NCBI GenBank assembly: GCA_002189035.1
Contig: NEEC01000010.1
Location: 1,612,001 to 1,676,000 of the forward strand
DNA: 64,000 bases
Direction of reading: 5' to 3'
DNA from: Utricularia gibba
Taxonomy: Eukaryota; Plantae; Magnoliophyta
Shown: positions 25,751-39,530 of the stretch, one piece after another
Layout of the letters: every line of letters starts with the position of its first letter
How positions within the stretch are numbered: the stretch's first letter is position 1
Position numbers and translations under genes: made by a program
Notes under the pieces: generated by a model
The model's database searches: none
Seen by the model: only the letters and a program-made list of their open reading frames with translations
Told to the model about the DNA's origin: nothing

Positions 25751-26417
25751 TAAAGTGATTATTGAACCTAAAGTATTTAGCTACAATACACCCATATTGA
25801 AAATACCCTTAAATTGAGCGTGTTGTGACAGGTTTATTAAAAAAAGAAAAAAATTAATAATAATGATCTTGATTTAGGTATTTACAAGATTTTATGTAGT
25901 GAATTTTGTTGGATTCATTAATAACAAGGGCTGTGGTCAGTGGGCCCATCAAAACCAATGGGTGTCCATGTTCATGGTCCACTGCACCAATGTGCTAAGT
26001 TGGAATGAAAAGAATATGATAAAAAAGGAGCATGGTCCAAATGGAATATAATTAATATAAATTAATATTTTGTTTAAAAAACCGTACCCGTACCCATTAT
26101 GGTCTTCAGGACCATAATTTTTAGTGCGCATTGCCTTCCATGTGGCTATTTTTTGAAAAAAAAAAACAATTTTAATTTGTGTGGATTTGTTCTAAAAATC
26201 TGATTACTTTTTGATGTGATGACGCATTAAATGGAAAAAGACATTCGAAAGTTGCATTAGGGATGCATGATACATGCCCGGCCATTCATCTCATCCATCC
26301 ATCCATCATTCGAGACGCCGTGGTCGTTGGTCCGGTGTACGTACACCGACACCGCACAATTGCGTCTCATCCTCCGGGCGCACACGAGCCCCCTGCTGCA
26401 GCATGGTTAGTATAGAT

Positions 26418-26669
26418 TAGAGGTGGGCTCTGTTGGAACCTTAACTGCTGGTCGAACCGATCTGTTCCGAATATGATTGGGTTCGTGAATCTCGATTTCA
26501 GTTTTGAACCGAAATCGGTCGTATGGTTCCATTTTCAATTCGGTTCAAAGTTTGGGGATTTGGTTTCGAACCAAAATTGGAATCTTTATCCACAGCAAAC
26601 CGTAGTTTTGGAACCGACGGTTCGATGGAATAACCAAAACCGTACGGTTTAGAACTGGACGCACCACTA
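26418..26669. mobile_element. Non-autonomous hAT-type MITE, 252 bp
   Basis: Imperfect 11-bp TIRs (TAGAGGTGGGC vs TAGTGGTGCGT, 8/11). 8-bp TSD GTATAGAT (26410-26417) / GTATACAT (26670-26677). Many GAACC/GGTTC subterminal motifs. Confidence 0.65.
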
Positions 26670-27788
26670 GTATACATTCTGGGGTTTTTTTACAAAAATG
26701 GACATCTAATAGAACAAATTTTTGTATATATAATGATCACTTTTATCAAATGGATTTTTATAATACACGTTTTTATTTAAAATGTATTCATTTATAATAC
26801 AATGCCGACTTTTAATATTGCATTTATCTATATATTGTATAATCATTTTAAAATGGATTTTCAAGGGAATATCTTTTAGATTGTGATGACCCTATAGATG
26901 AATTTTGTACGGTTTTATGTTCTTCATTCGTTCAATATTAAAAAGTCACTTTTATTTAAATACGTATTTTACTTTGTTCATAATCAATATAATCTATTAT
27001 TATCACGATTGTAACTTTATATTCTTATCTTGTCACAAATTGAATTTATTATTTGTTTTTCAAAATAAAATTATTATAAAATAATAGTTTTAAGTGTGAC
27101 TGAGTGCATTGTGTTTTTATGATTAAGAAAACTATCAACTATTTATACGATTTAATTATCGTTGTGATTAAATCTCTTATTTTCAATTTTTTATGTTTTT
27201 CGATTAAAATATTAAAACCATGGTTGGAATGCATTTTATTTTTTTCTACTTTATAAGGTTTGAATTTAATTTAATTGGAATATAGTTCGGGTCCAAATTG
27301 ATTTTATGGTGATTCAATATAGTTTTTGAAATATATTTTTTTTGTGTAAAGAAAAATATCTTCTTTTTTTTTTTTTTTGTAATTGAATGTAAACGTACTG
27401 CATTTTTTTATGAAAAATAAAAACAAAAATTATTATTTCATTTCTCTTTCTTCTTCTTCCTCGTCCTGTCTCGCTCGCTGCATTTGCAGAAGTTTCCCTC
27501 AGCGTGTAAACAAGACTCACTCCGGGACGACGACAAAGGCAAAAGACAGAGAGCAAGGGGAAAGCCCGTTGTTTCAACATAAGATTTTCGTCCATAACTC
27601 TAACTTTTTCCAACTGGAAGTTTTCGGGGTGTTGCTCTGACTTGAAGTCCAGACCACAAGTTTGTATCTTGAACAGACCTGCCACTGGTTCATGTGTGCA
27701 TTGTTGCGAAAAGGACCGCACTCGAGTTTTCATTCCAAAGGATCCGTCCTCTAGTGGCGGTGTCTTTACGAAAACGCCGTACGAAGAT

Positions 27789-30700
27789 ATGGATTTCTCT
27801 ATATGGGACAGGGGAAAAGGTGTAGTGTTTGAACCTCGAGATTATGCCGAGATTTTTGCTGGGCCGTCGTCATTTCCATTGTTTAATACGCCGAGCTTGG
27901 ATGAACCGGTCGGGTCGCGTAGATATCGGACCTCCAATGTCGATTACGTTGACGTTTTCGGTGGTTTGAGGAATTTCGATGTTGCTGCTGGTTACGAGGA
28001 GTTGCTTAATCATTTGAATGGTTCGGTGAAGGAAAGTAATCCATGGTAACTTTTTCCTTCTTTGTTTTTCCCTCTAGAAAGAAAAGCATTCCAGCTTTGC
28101 TTTCCATCTTACAGATTTTGACTCAGACAATTTAGTTAAAAAAATGTATGTTTCTCTGTTAGTGTGAAGAGCGTTTATGGTGTCCTGCAAGGTGAATGAC
28201 GTTCTGAAGTGTGTGGTTTGAGTATGCAAAGATCTGTTTTTTGGTGTTAATGGCGTCATGTTCATACATCCATTTGATGCCAAGTTGTCAAAAGATTGTT
28301 CTGTCGAACCCAAGTTAGTTGAAATCTGTATATGTGTTGTTCTGTAAAGGTATTGCAGTGATTTTAATGAATTGCACTTCTTTTTTTTTTTATGTTAAAA
28401 GGTCGTCACTTGCTTGCTTCCTGTTTTTTCTTTTTTTCCTTACATTATTCTAGCACTTTGGAAACTCGTTGTTTTTTACCTACTTAGAATCTACCTGTGA
28501 ATAAAGTTTTGCGCTTACAACTCAAGTTGCTTTTTGAGATGCAAGAATATACTTTCACTTTCCCATAGTATGCCTGCTTCAGCATGCTAGTTCAGAAACC
28601 TTAAGCAGTCCCACCCCCCTGCCTGAAATCAGACTTTTTTTGGTTTTTGCTAGCACTAAAGTGATGCTGAACAAATGTGCTGACATCGCTTTGTCCAAGT
28701 ATGCTCATGGAATGATGAAAACAGTTTTTAGCTTTCATGTTGTGTTGCAGTGTTCCAGCTGATAGGTCCTTGTCTTCTCAAGATTCAGGTCCTCGACTTT
28801 CTACCATGAATGGGAAAAGGGTCTCTGGTGAGGTGCCTGATCAATATGCTGATCAATATAAAGAGAAGCTGTGCATGCCATCTGATGAGAAAAAACAAGC
28901 AGCATATATATCTGATGACAGGCCTCAGTTTCCACTAGAGTATGAGGTTAGACGTGGCTGGAGCTTTAGTTCTCAAGTTGGGTCTGTGAACATGAAGAGT
29001 CAGTTGAGTAGCAGTAAGCCCTGTGATTCGAATGAAGTGGACTGCGGACTGCAGGCTTTGAAACTGTCACGAATTAGTTCTCTGAGTGTTTTTGAAAGCA
29101 GTGACAAGGGTGTTCTCGAACAAGAAAGAGCATCATCCCTGGCTTCTGACGGGAATGTATCAGAAATTTCCATTGGTGAATCTTCTCCATCTTTCCTCGT
29201 TGAGGGGTTTGATGAAAATTCACCTGCTGCTGCGTTGAAGAAGGCTGTTGATGATGCACGAGAAAGGATAAGACAAGCTAAATGGATGATGGAAAAGAGA
29301 AAGAAAGGTAATGGAAATGGTCCCAAGCATCGACAGAAGCATCAGGCTGATCAGGTGGCTACTGCTGTAGATGAAAGCAAGTCTTTGAGTAAAGATAAAA
29401 GTTCTGATCCCCTATTCACTCCGTCGGCCAGTTACATTGATTTGGTGATGAATGCTGAAGTAGGAAAAGCAACCAAGAATGATGGAATGGAGAAGCATGG
29501 GAAAACTGAGGCCAGTGAAGAACTCAGGAAGCCAAATTTGTTACCCAGAGGCATAGATGATGACAGTCGTTTCATACCATCAGGGGCCGTACTTGCATCT
29601 TCTCCTAGGAAACCTGTAAGTGGAAATGAAGATGTGCTCTCTGTTTACAATGTGAAGGAACATGAAAATTTCGAGGAGAAGCAAGCTCCAAGTTTTGTCA
29701 AGAAGAAAAAGGAAGTTGAAAAGATGGTTGCAGAAGCCTATCATAAAGATAAACCCGTTCATGATTCTGCAAATGTTCGGGAGAGTGAAGGTATTCGCAC
29801 TTCTCAAAAAGATCAAGAGCTGGAGAAGTTTTATGAAAAAACAGTTGAGAACCTGACAATCAGTCATGAAGACATTCATACACATTTCATGGGGAGAAAA
29901 ATGGAGATGTTTTGTAATTTTGTAGTGGATGAAGACGTTGGGGAAGAAGTTCGTAACATATCCAAAGGCAACGAGAAATTTGTGCCTAAACCGGCTTCTT
30001 CACAAAAAGAGCTTGAGATGAGACTGAAGGAGTCTTGGAATGATCAACAAGATGGGAACTTGGAGAAGAAAAGAGATAATGCCCCCAGTATTCCTCAAGG
30101 AGCACAAGACGTCTTAAGGTCTGCTGATTTCCCGCAGAGCAAGATGGACCCTACCAAGCGGGTGGATGGTGGTGATGAAAATCAGCAAGAGTTATCTCGA
30201 GCATGTGATCAAGATGAAGTTGAAGCAGTAAAGTTAGATGCCTTTGAGCATAAAGGGGTGGAAGCCAGGGTGACAGATGCTGATGATTGTTCTGATCTTA
30301 GGAACAGTTTTACTGTCCAGGATGCTGCTACAACTAGCTGTGCTATTGATAGAGCCAGTAGAGATGAGGATCAGAATAATTCTATTTCTCAAGAAACTGA
30401 CTATGATGAGTCTGCTTATGAATCCAAAGGTATTAAACAAGGTGTAAGCTCTACACAAGAAGAATTTGGGATGGTTGATAAAGCAAACACTGCTAAGAGA
30501 GATAGTTACTTATCACATTCACAGTCAAGTAGTGAATTTGATCCAGAGCGAACCAATGAAATGGAGAGACATTCAGAAGGTGCTCCAGTCATGGAGAAAG
30601 ATAGCAACTTTGTTGAAGAGAAATGCGCCAAAGGGGGTGTTCCTAATTTCGTTGATAGGGATCAACAGCAAAGAGTTGAGGCTATCAGGAAGGCGAGGGA

Positions 30701-31824
30701 GCGTGAGAAGGATAGACTAGCGGTTGAAAGAGCGATACGTGAAGCTCGTGAGAGGGCTAAGGAGAGGCTTGAGAGGGCTGCAGCAGAGAAGCAACAGGCT
30801 GCAAAGACTGCTGCAGAAACAAAGCTTAGAGCAGAGCGGGCTGCTGTAGAGAGGGCCACTGCAGAGGCTCGTGAGCGTGCGTTCGAGAAAGCAAAGTCGC
30901 TTAAAACATCCACTACAGCTAGGCCACTGGCTGCTGAGAAGGCATCGACTTCTTCAAGGAATGTGAGTAAATAATCACATTGCTTGTTTAGTGAGAATGT
31001 TCTGTGTTGCGTCAGATGATCCATCGAACTCTGTACGTACAGGATCTGGACTTACCAGCAACATATACCGAATCAGCACAGAGGCATAAAGCAAGACTGG
31101 AGAGGCACCAAAGAGTCATGGAGCGAGCGGTGAGCCATCATTGTTTTTTTCTTGATGCTGATCTCTCTAGAACACCAAGACTTGCTTTCACTATCCCAGG
31201 CAAAGGCCCTTGAAGAGAAGAATAAGCGCGATTTGCTTGCCCAGAAAGAGCAGGCTGAGAGAAATGTAAGACCTTTCACTTCCTTTATGGAACATGCAGT
31301 GTTCCAATATACTTATTTTTCTCTCCACAGAGAATGGCTGAGTATCTGGATGCTGACATTAAGAGGTGGTCCGCCGGAAAGGAAGGCAACTTGCGAGCTC
31401 TGCTGTCAACTCTGCACTATGTATGCCTCCCCATATGCTTATGTTACAAAATCTCTATCGTTCTAGGGTACAGATTTTAAGCAAATTCATCAGGATATTC
31501 GCCAAGACTTGCTGTAACTCCTTGATTTCTTTCTGCAGATCCTTGGGGCGGATAGTGGCTGGCGAACTATTTCATTAACCGAGATCATCACCACTGCGGA
31601 TGTGAAGAAAGCCTACAGGAAGGCAACTCTTTGTGTGCATCCTGACAAACTGCAGCAGAGAGGAGCTTCAGTTCAGCAAAAGTACACATGTGAAAAGGTT
31701 TTTGATCTTCTCAAGGTACTCCATGTCCTTCCTTTTCACCGTAAAACTCCCACAAAAATGAATGAACAACTGATGCAAAACTTTTTAGGCTGCACGGAAC
31801 AAATTCAACTCTGAGCAGAGGTGA
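27789..31824 (+). CDS. Auxilin-like J-domain protein (exons about 27789-28045, 28751-30962, 31043-31129, 31200-31265, 31331-31420, 31539-31715, 31789-31824); start codon uncertain
   Basis: N-terminal [14 protein letters not shown] repeats, coiled coil [11 protein letters not shown], and C-terminal [32 protein letters not shown]...[22 protein letters not shown]...[16 protein letters not shown]. The in-frame sequence upstream of 27789 is open but has no ATG. Confidence 0.9.
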
Positions 31825-34800
31825 TATATGTGTGTATATATATCTTTAAATGCGGCCATGAATGGCCTGCAGGAGACGCATGAGCAACTTCCTCTCTGAA
31901 TCTCACCCCAAAACTCAGGTTTTGGTGATGCTTGCCATTGTAGGATAAACACAAAGTGCTTGTTTGCTTTGTGAATTTAGATGTGTTTGGTATATACATT
32001 ACAAATTTAGAAAATTCTTTTTTTAATAAGGAGGTGCAAGAATTGCAATTCTGCATGTCCAAGCATCACAATTGATTGATTATGGTGATCCTGAATAAAA
32101 ATTAAAAACATTTATGTAATTTTGCATTAAAGTCAATTAAATCCACATACTCTAAACTCACTCACCATACAATTACAATTTTTCGTTTATAAATCCATGG
32201 ATCCCATTTCAAATGAAGTAAACCTCAGCTAGAGGTCTAACCCATCCATCAAAAGTTAGGATCATTTAAAAAATTGATATGTACACTATTTCTTATACAT
32301 TGAATTAAAAAATTTACAAATTACTAATTTTCTCACATACTAATTGACACATTTTAAATCATCAATTCATTGGAATTGATCATTCTCACGCACCGAGTGC
32401 GCAAGGGTGATGAATCCGCACCGGATTCACGGTACATTGTCTTTTTTATTTTTTAAATATTCATATTTTAATTATTAATTTTAATAATAAATATTGATTT
32501 AATTATTTATTTAATCAAAATTCTAATTGATTCACTTGATTTTATCATATTTTCGTTTAATCATCATTTATTGATTGTCATCGTTATCCATCATTTAAAG
32601 TTCGATGATCATCATTCATCAATTAAAATCAAAATTAATTGATACATTCATAATTTTTCAAATCACAAATTGATGCAATCAAATCCGTAAATCTATGAAT
32701 TTGGGCATGAACCCAATGATCGATCCTTCGACGCTTGGCAAGGTACGTACACAAGTGGCACTAAAAAATCATATCCATGGATTCAGATACTTTGATATTG
32801 CACCCAGCCCCCAGGTCTGTCTACGTACGACGCTTTCCTGCTCATGTTGGTGCCCACTCTCAGAACAATGCCTGTTTTTTTTGTTTACAGCAAGGAAGCA
32901 TCATATTCCGATGTGGTTGGTTTCTTTGCGGCGTATTCCCCCCTTGTAATACATGGTGATGAAACTAAAGTTAGCAGCATAATATCAAGGAATATCATGA
33001 AAAAAGATAAAAAAAAAAATGACACTAAAAAGAGAATATTTTTAGGCATCTTTCTTGAGGAACGCCAGTTTTCTTAGCGGAAAAGAAAGATTAACCAAAC
33101 CCCATCATCTAAAGCCCCTTTGCTTTTTTATTAATAATTCACATAAAAAATTTATTTTTAATTTTTCATTATAAATGATGTTGATATCTCAAAAAATAGA
33201 AAAATTTAACATGATATATGGGTGATTTCGAGAGTATTTTTATTTAATATGAGTATTTGGTAAAAAAAATTTAAATGTCATAATACATATTCCTTTTGTA
33301 CAATATTGTTTATTTGAGATGTTCAATCCTCATGATTTTTATATTTTTCTCTTCAAAAAAAAATCTTGCAAAATTAAGAAAATTTCTTTTTTAAAATGCA
33401 TTTTTCCCTTATTCCTATATGTAACTAATATTAGACATCATAATATGTATTTATCGAAAATTAAAAAAATATTTATGTAACATATCTAAACTTGTATATA
33501 AAATACAAATCATATAAATAACATTTTTAATGAATTACCATACATCCCTCCTTTATATAGATTGGATTTTAATCATGAGACAGACTTTTGGGCGTGCGGA
33601 TCCCTGGGCGTGTGCGGACCGGACCGGACCGTGTCGGGGTCATGGGCCCCCATGGTCACGTGACAGGAGCATGCCGGTTTTGACCTCTGAAATGACTTGA
33701 TTAGACCGTCTTCCAGCCTCCAAGACTTGGCAGCTTCCACGCGTTCGCCATCCCCCTCCATCTTCTACTAAAAAAAAAAAAGAAAAATAATCAGTCTTCC
33801 GAGTTTGAGCGTTCACACTTCCCACTTACCCGACACACGTAAAAATTTCCACAACAACATAAAATAATAATAATAATAATCAAGAAAAAGAATAAGCGAC
33901 GGGTTCTCTAGAACTAGTCCAAGTTGGAGTGTAGCGTCGGCAATTTAATCATAAATTTAAATTGAATCTCAAATGGTTTAAATCGAGTTCAATAATTGTT
34001 AATTATATTTTAAATACATTTTTAAAAAACTATTGTTTATAATGATTGAATGCATTTTCTAATTTTAACCACTCTTTTGAATTGAATTCGTAATTTTAAA
34101 ACATTATTTACAATTCGTTTGATATGATACTTTAATTAATCAATATTAAATCAAAGTTTTACGTCATTCTAACATATTCGTATGTTATGCAAATTGAAAA
34201 TCAACTTTACATTAAAATGAGAATTCCGAATCACATCGTCTTGATCATTCTAACCATTTTGTATCATCGTTGAAAAACTAACATAAAATCATTTTTCAAA
34301 CAAGAAGATTTGATCAGCTTTCATGACTTAATAAATAAAATTAATTTATACAAAAATGAATGATTTCAAAAAATATTTATTGAAATTCTATTTAGTAGAC
34401 AATATTATATAATTTATTTACAATATCATGAAAATATACATAATAGATAATTAGAGCAAATAATGTTTTTAAAAATATTATGTATTTACAATCACATGAT
34501 TAATTAAATACACCTAATTGAAGAGCTTATATTTCCTTATAAATAAAATTTTATCATTATTTAAAAAATATGTGAATGATTATCAAGTATTATTAATATA
34601 AAATAATCAATTATGTTCTATCAAGCGAAACCTAATATCTTTGTGTTTTCCATCACTACCCTCCACAACCGGAAACTCATGAGGCAAGGGTGGAAATTGC
34701 ATAATGCCTTATGATGTTGATTTGCACATTTTATTACAACGCTTATGTCATATTGCATGTACAAATTTCCTTTTTTAATTTAATCAAATTCATGAGTTTC

Positions 34801-36620
34801 AAATTGAAAATACATTCCATTTTGGAAAAATATATCCATTTTTTTTCAAACAAAAAATATTATGATAAAGATATGATTCATTACCTCATTGATATATAAT
34901 ACTATTTTTAATATTCAAAGCACATATTTTTCTATGACTTGCGGAGGAAGACAACAATAATAATTGATAATTATTTACGACATTGTCACTGAGCACATAC
35001 TAAGTTAGTCTTTAAATATGTTATTTCATGTGATAAGTAATTAAGAAGGAAGGTAGGTTGATCTTGAATAAAATATTTTTTTCAAAAAAAGAATATAAAA
35101 CCGTGAAATTAAGTGTTCGAAACGAAGAATATTATATAAAATGAGAATTAATCGCTATAATATATATTTGATAGATTTAATTAAATACGATATTATATGA
35201 TTGTTTTTATATTACATATATAGTGATTTATTTAAAACCATATTCTATCATTATTTTTATTTAAAACCAATTCATCTCATTTTTAATCTCAAAAATTAAA
35301 AACTATCTAAAAAATTAATCTCTTCCCTTACTTTTATTAAAATTCATTTTATCTCGTTCCTATCAACCAAACACTACATAATTAAGTGGTAAACTAAAAC
35401 TTAAAAAATACCATAAAACATTATTAAACGTTACGAAAACACAAATGACTCAAATCATCAGTTTTCAAAAATGACACGTCTTGCCATTTTCCAAAAACGA
35501 CGTCGGTGATTAGCAATGCTAAACTTGGGTTACCATCCAATCCATGGGAAGCGCCATGGACATGACATGGCATGATATGATGTGGCGAGGGGTGTTTTAC
35601 TTTCTTGCTTATAATATGATTACGATTGCACCCTAATCTTATTGTCTCAATAAAACGCCTCTTTTTTTCTTTATGACGTCACCAAAACGACCGAATCCGA
35701 ATAAGATTCACACAACCGCGTTGGATGTCTGTTCTTTTTGCACATTATCGACATCTGACACGAGATTTGCGCTAAAACCTAATCCGGAATTAAATATTTA
35801 CTGGATTAGAATATAAAAAATTGAATTTCATGTAATATTTATTCAAGTAAAACAAAGGTTTAAATTAATTTATTACGGATGTTTAAACAAAATAATTTCA
35901 ATTTTGAATTTATTTAAAATGGCTAATTTCGTTTCACGACTGGAAGTTGACGGGGTGGGACCCAGGACACGACTTGTTTCCGATAGGTCTATCCGACCAA
36001 ATTGATGTGTATATACACACACATGATTTTTAAAATACTTCATAAATATCTTAATTATTTTTTTTAAACTCTTATTTGATTGTTTTTTCAATCAATTTTA
36101 AGTATTTATTAAATATAATATTATTTTTAATACATATTTATAAAATATATTTACAAAACGGATTTTAATTTTAATAATATGATATCTGCTTATTTAATAC
36201 AAATAATTTAAATATATCATTAGATAAATTAATTTAACAAAGTTTACTTAAAAATTGTAATAAAAATATGTGAAATAAAAACAACTTCTAGAAGGAGAGA
36301 ATACTCATTTCTAAAAAACAAGAGGTGTTAAAAATAGGAAAATTAAATTTCCAAAATAATTAAAATTGCATTTTCTTAAAATGTGTAAATTTGAAGCGGT
36401 CTTTTTATATAAAGCAACTGGGGGGTCCAAAAGTCGACACACTAGGAGTGCAGAGCGCTCTCTCAGACTTTCCATGTCTCATGTGTTCTTCATACGGATT
36501 CTGTACTTGTTTTTGTAATTTCGCTATGGTTTGATGAGATTTCGCTGAATTCTTCGATTTCTTATCCCCGTCAACTGTTTGATCCTCAACCCAGAAAAAA
36601 GATTCGGTTTTGGTTGTGAA

Positions 36621-37343
36621 ATGGATTCCTCTGTTTTTAATTCGATCAAGGACGAGAAACAACGCGCCGTCGCGAGATTCAATCGTTTCCGTGCTCTCTC
36701 ACGGTTGCGGCAGATAGTGGAGGTTTTTCTGGTTCTGGGTTTGATTTCATGGTCGTCGCCCAGAATCCCGGCTGTCCTGAAATCTGCCGTCACCGAGTTT
36801 CTTAACTTCGATTGTGTGTTCGATCACCTCGCCGTTTTTATTATCGGAAACGCAATCGTCGTTACGTTGTTCTTACTCTCCCGACACGAAGGCGGAGGCG
36901 ATGTTTCTGGAGAAAGCGATCGTTACTACGATGAGTACTCGAGATACAGAGCACAGAGTGAATCGCAAGGAACAGAGGAAATAGAAGTAGAGAAGCAGAT
37001 TGTGATTTACGAACCACTGCAGGAAGAAGAAAAGGACCTGCCGCAGCTGGAGGAGGTGGACGCAGTCATACGGAAGGAGGTGAAGAGGATGGAGAAGTTC
37101 CGGCGCACGGAATCAGACAAGTTAAAGGGAGAGATGGAGCTGAGGCCAGCGGCGGAGCTCCGGCGATCGAGGACAGGGAAGATAGCGCCGAAAGCGTGGA
37201 AGGCGGCAGAGTTGGATATGCTGAGCGACCTGGAGTTCCATCAAGCCATGGAGGAGTACCTTGAGGACCGCTGGTGTCGGAGGATGATGGCGGCCGACAG
37301 GAAAGCTGATGATGACAAGCGTCAGTTGATGGTGGTAGAGTAA
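36621..37343 (+). CDS. Uncharacterised membrane protein, DUF4408-like, single exon
   Basis: MDSSVFNSIKDEKQRAVARFNRFR...VFIIGNAIVVTLF, FRRTES, LRRSRT and LSDLEFHQAMEEYL match the layout of this plant family as I recall it. Confidence 0.75.
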   Translation: MDSSVFNSIKDEKQRAVARFNRFRALSRLRQIVEVFLVLGLISWSSPRIPAVLKSAVTEFLNFDCVFDHLAVFIIGNAIVVTLFLLSRHEGGGDVSGESDRYYDEYSRYRAQSESQGTEEIEVEKQIVIYEPLQEEEKDLPQLEEVDAVIRKEVKRMEKFRRTESDKLKGEMELRPAAELRRSRTGKIAPKAWKAAELDMLSDLEFHQAMEEYLEDRWCRRMMAADRKADDDKRQLMVVE

Positions 37344-37820
37344 TTAATGCGTGATTAAACCATCTTCCCAGTTAATTGCCCTGATTAACACTGGCCCAAA
37401 CAACAACTACCTAGAAATACCCCTCTTTTTCTGTATGACGACGGGCTGTCCGTGTTATTCAGTGCCTTGTACATACTGCAGTTTACCAGCTTTTGAACTC
37501 AGTTTTTGTCCCTTTTATGCCCACAAAGTTGCATCTTTTGTAAGCCATTCTTATAATAAAATCAAGCCGTCACTTCCTGGTTTGACACATCTCCACGACA
37601 GAGGCTTTGTGGGGTTCATCAACATCAGCACCATAGACTAAAGATGATGCATGCACAGAACATATGTACACTACAGATATGTGTCTACAGAACACGATGG
37701 TTTTAGGACCTTGGGGCAGAAGACAGATATGCACAGGCCTCCAAAAACCAAAGCCATGTGTGGAACTTTTGGATGGCTCCGCTTTAGAACTAAAGTCTGG
37801 TCGGATGGCCCTCTGGTGTC

Positions 37821-39530
37821 TCATGCCCAGTTTGACTTGGAACGAAGCTGGGTGAGTTTGTCTCGCCATTGAGCTGAAAAGGAACAAAGAGCTTGAGCAG
37901 CGAGTTCCTAAGGGGAAAGGATGATTTGGAGTTTGGGAGTTCATGGTGTTTGATGGAGTGCACCTGCATCCTTGTAGCGTTCTTCGACGGCTGCAATCAG
38001 CATGTTTCTAGTGAGATCGAATTCCATGGTCTCGATGCAGGGCTGCCCTGTTGGCCTGCGGGAGGATTCATGAACGAAGCCTGTCAAAAACATCTAAATA
38101 TGACTGACAGCAAAATCCAGAGGATGAAGATGAAACCTGTCCATTTCTGAGGATATCAATCTATTAGATGATGCGCCCGCCACTGAGACTTTTGGAGCAT
38201 CAATGACCTTCATGCCGTCGCTATACACTAGGAACTTGTTGACTTGAATGGGAACCTGTCGGTCCACATGACCATTAGCCTCAAGAGGAATAAAGTGCAT
38301 GTATCAACTCATAATCATCAAAGGAAAAAAAAAATGAAACCAAGGCTGCAGAAAAAGGCTGTATATCACCTTGCATCTAACACCAATGTTAATGGCATCT
38401 GAGGGGCGAAGATCAAAACACAAGCACTCAGCTTCATTGTCCGACTTCACGTAGCAAAGATAAATATTATACGGAAAGCAATTTGCAAAACAAGAGCATG
38501 GTCATCCAATTGATGAAAATTCTTCCTACCCTCATAAGGTGTAGTTCAGCAAAATATGCCTCTTGCACCCTCTTGGTGACACGAACAAGTTTAACCTGCG
38601 ATTGGAGACAAAATTTAACAAAAGAGCATACGAACTTCATGGATCTGGGATGGTATGGACGCTAAAACTCGCCTTGAATCCCATCTTCTCGATCATCTCC
38701 ATCACTACTTGATATACAGTTGGCCTGGCCTGTGAGGGGTGATATGAAGTGCCTGTGAAAAGGGGGCTTACCAGAATACGAATTTTTGCAGTAAAAAAAG
38801 AAAGGTTGAACGTACAATTGGCACGTTACGCATAGCAGCCATGAGGAGTACACTTGGCAACTCCACTGTTGGAAAAAAGACAGACAAACATAAGAGCATA
38901 TCATAGGTTAAAACAACTTTTCAATACAGTGGACGATAATGGTGATATAGATGACATACAAACAATTATTGGGAGAAGAACTCCGGTTCCATCTTCCATC
39001 CTAAGTACAATGGCCGGATGCGGAGCACAGTCCAGTAGCTGGCCGCCAGAAGGATTATTATGAGCACATCTCAAGAACCTACCATCTCTCATCTTGATCA
39101 TGAAACCATCAGGGCCACTTCTTACTTCAACTATTCGAAAAAAATTTAACAAATCATGAAACGAGTGCTAGTGATCTACCAAATAAAGAGTCAGCGAGTG
39201 AAAAAAAAAAAGGCAAGGTAAAATAAAAAGGTTACCAGCTTCAATCACACTGGAGTTCACATACTCCGAATTGTTATCATTTGAATTTCCAGACATGCTG
39301 CCATTACTATTCGATGGTGAACTGAAACTACACTTGATAGGTGTGCATTTCGTGAATCTCTGCCTATAAATCAACCCGCCCCTTCTGCAGCTGAAATGAG
39401 TCAGACACCAGGATCCACTAGTCTTAACCTTAGCTTTCAGCAACACTGATTCAATTGGCACCGGAAATAATCCTGATTGCTTCTTAGCCTGAATCACAGG
39501 GCAAATGACTGGACCTCGCAAAGAACTCAT
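37821..39530 (-). CDS. BBD: Bifunctional nuclease (DUF151 + UVR domain); leader extends to about 40300
   Basis: VIEAVEVRSGPDGFMIKMRDGRFLRCAHNNP, HPAIVLRMEDG, ARPTVYQVV, VKLVRVTKRV, FDLRPSDAINIGVRCKVPIQVNK, EERYKDAAQWRDKL. Confidence 0.92.

Noticed and set aside
27692-27754. Upstream ATG as the true auxilin-like start via another frameshift
   Set aside because: It would need a +1 or -2 change, unlike the other indels, and the 20-aa peptide shows no family similarity. At most it is a uORF.
32416-32434. Small inverted repeat TGAATCCG-CAC-CGGATTCA
   Set aside because: An 8-bp stem is expected by chance at this scale, and there is no TSD or other supporting structure.
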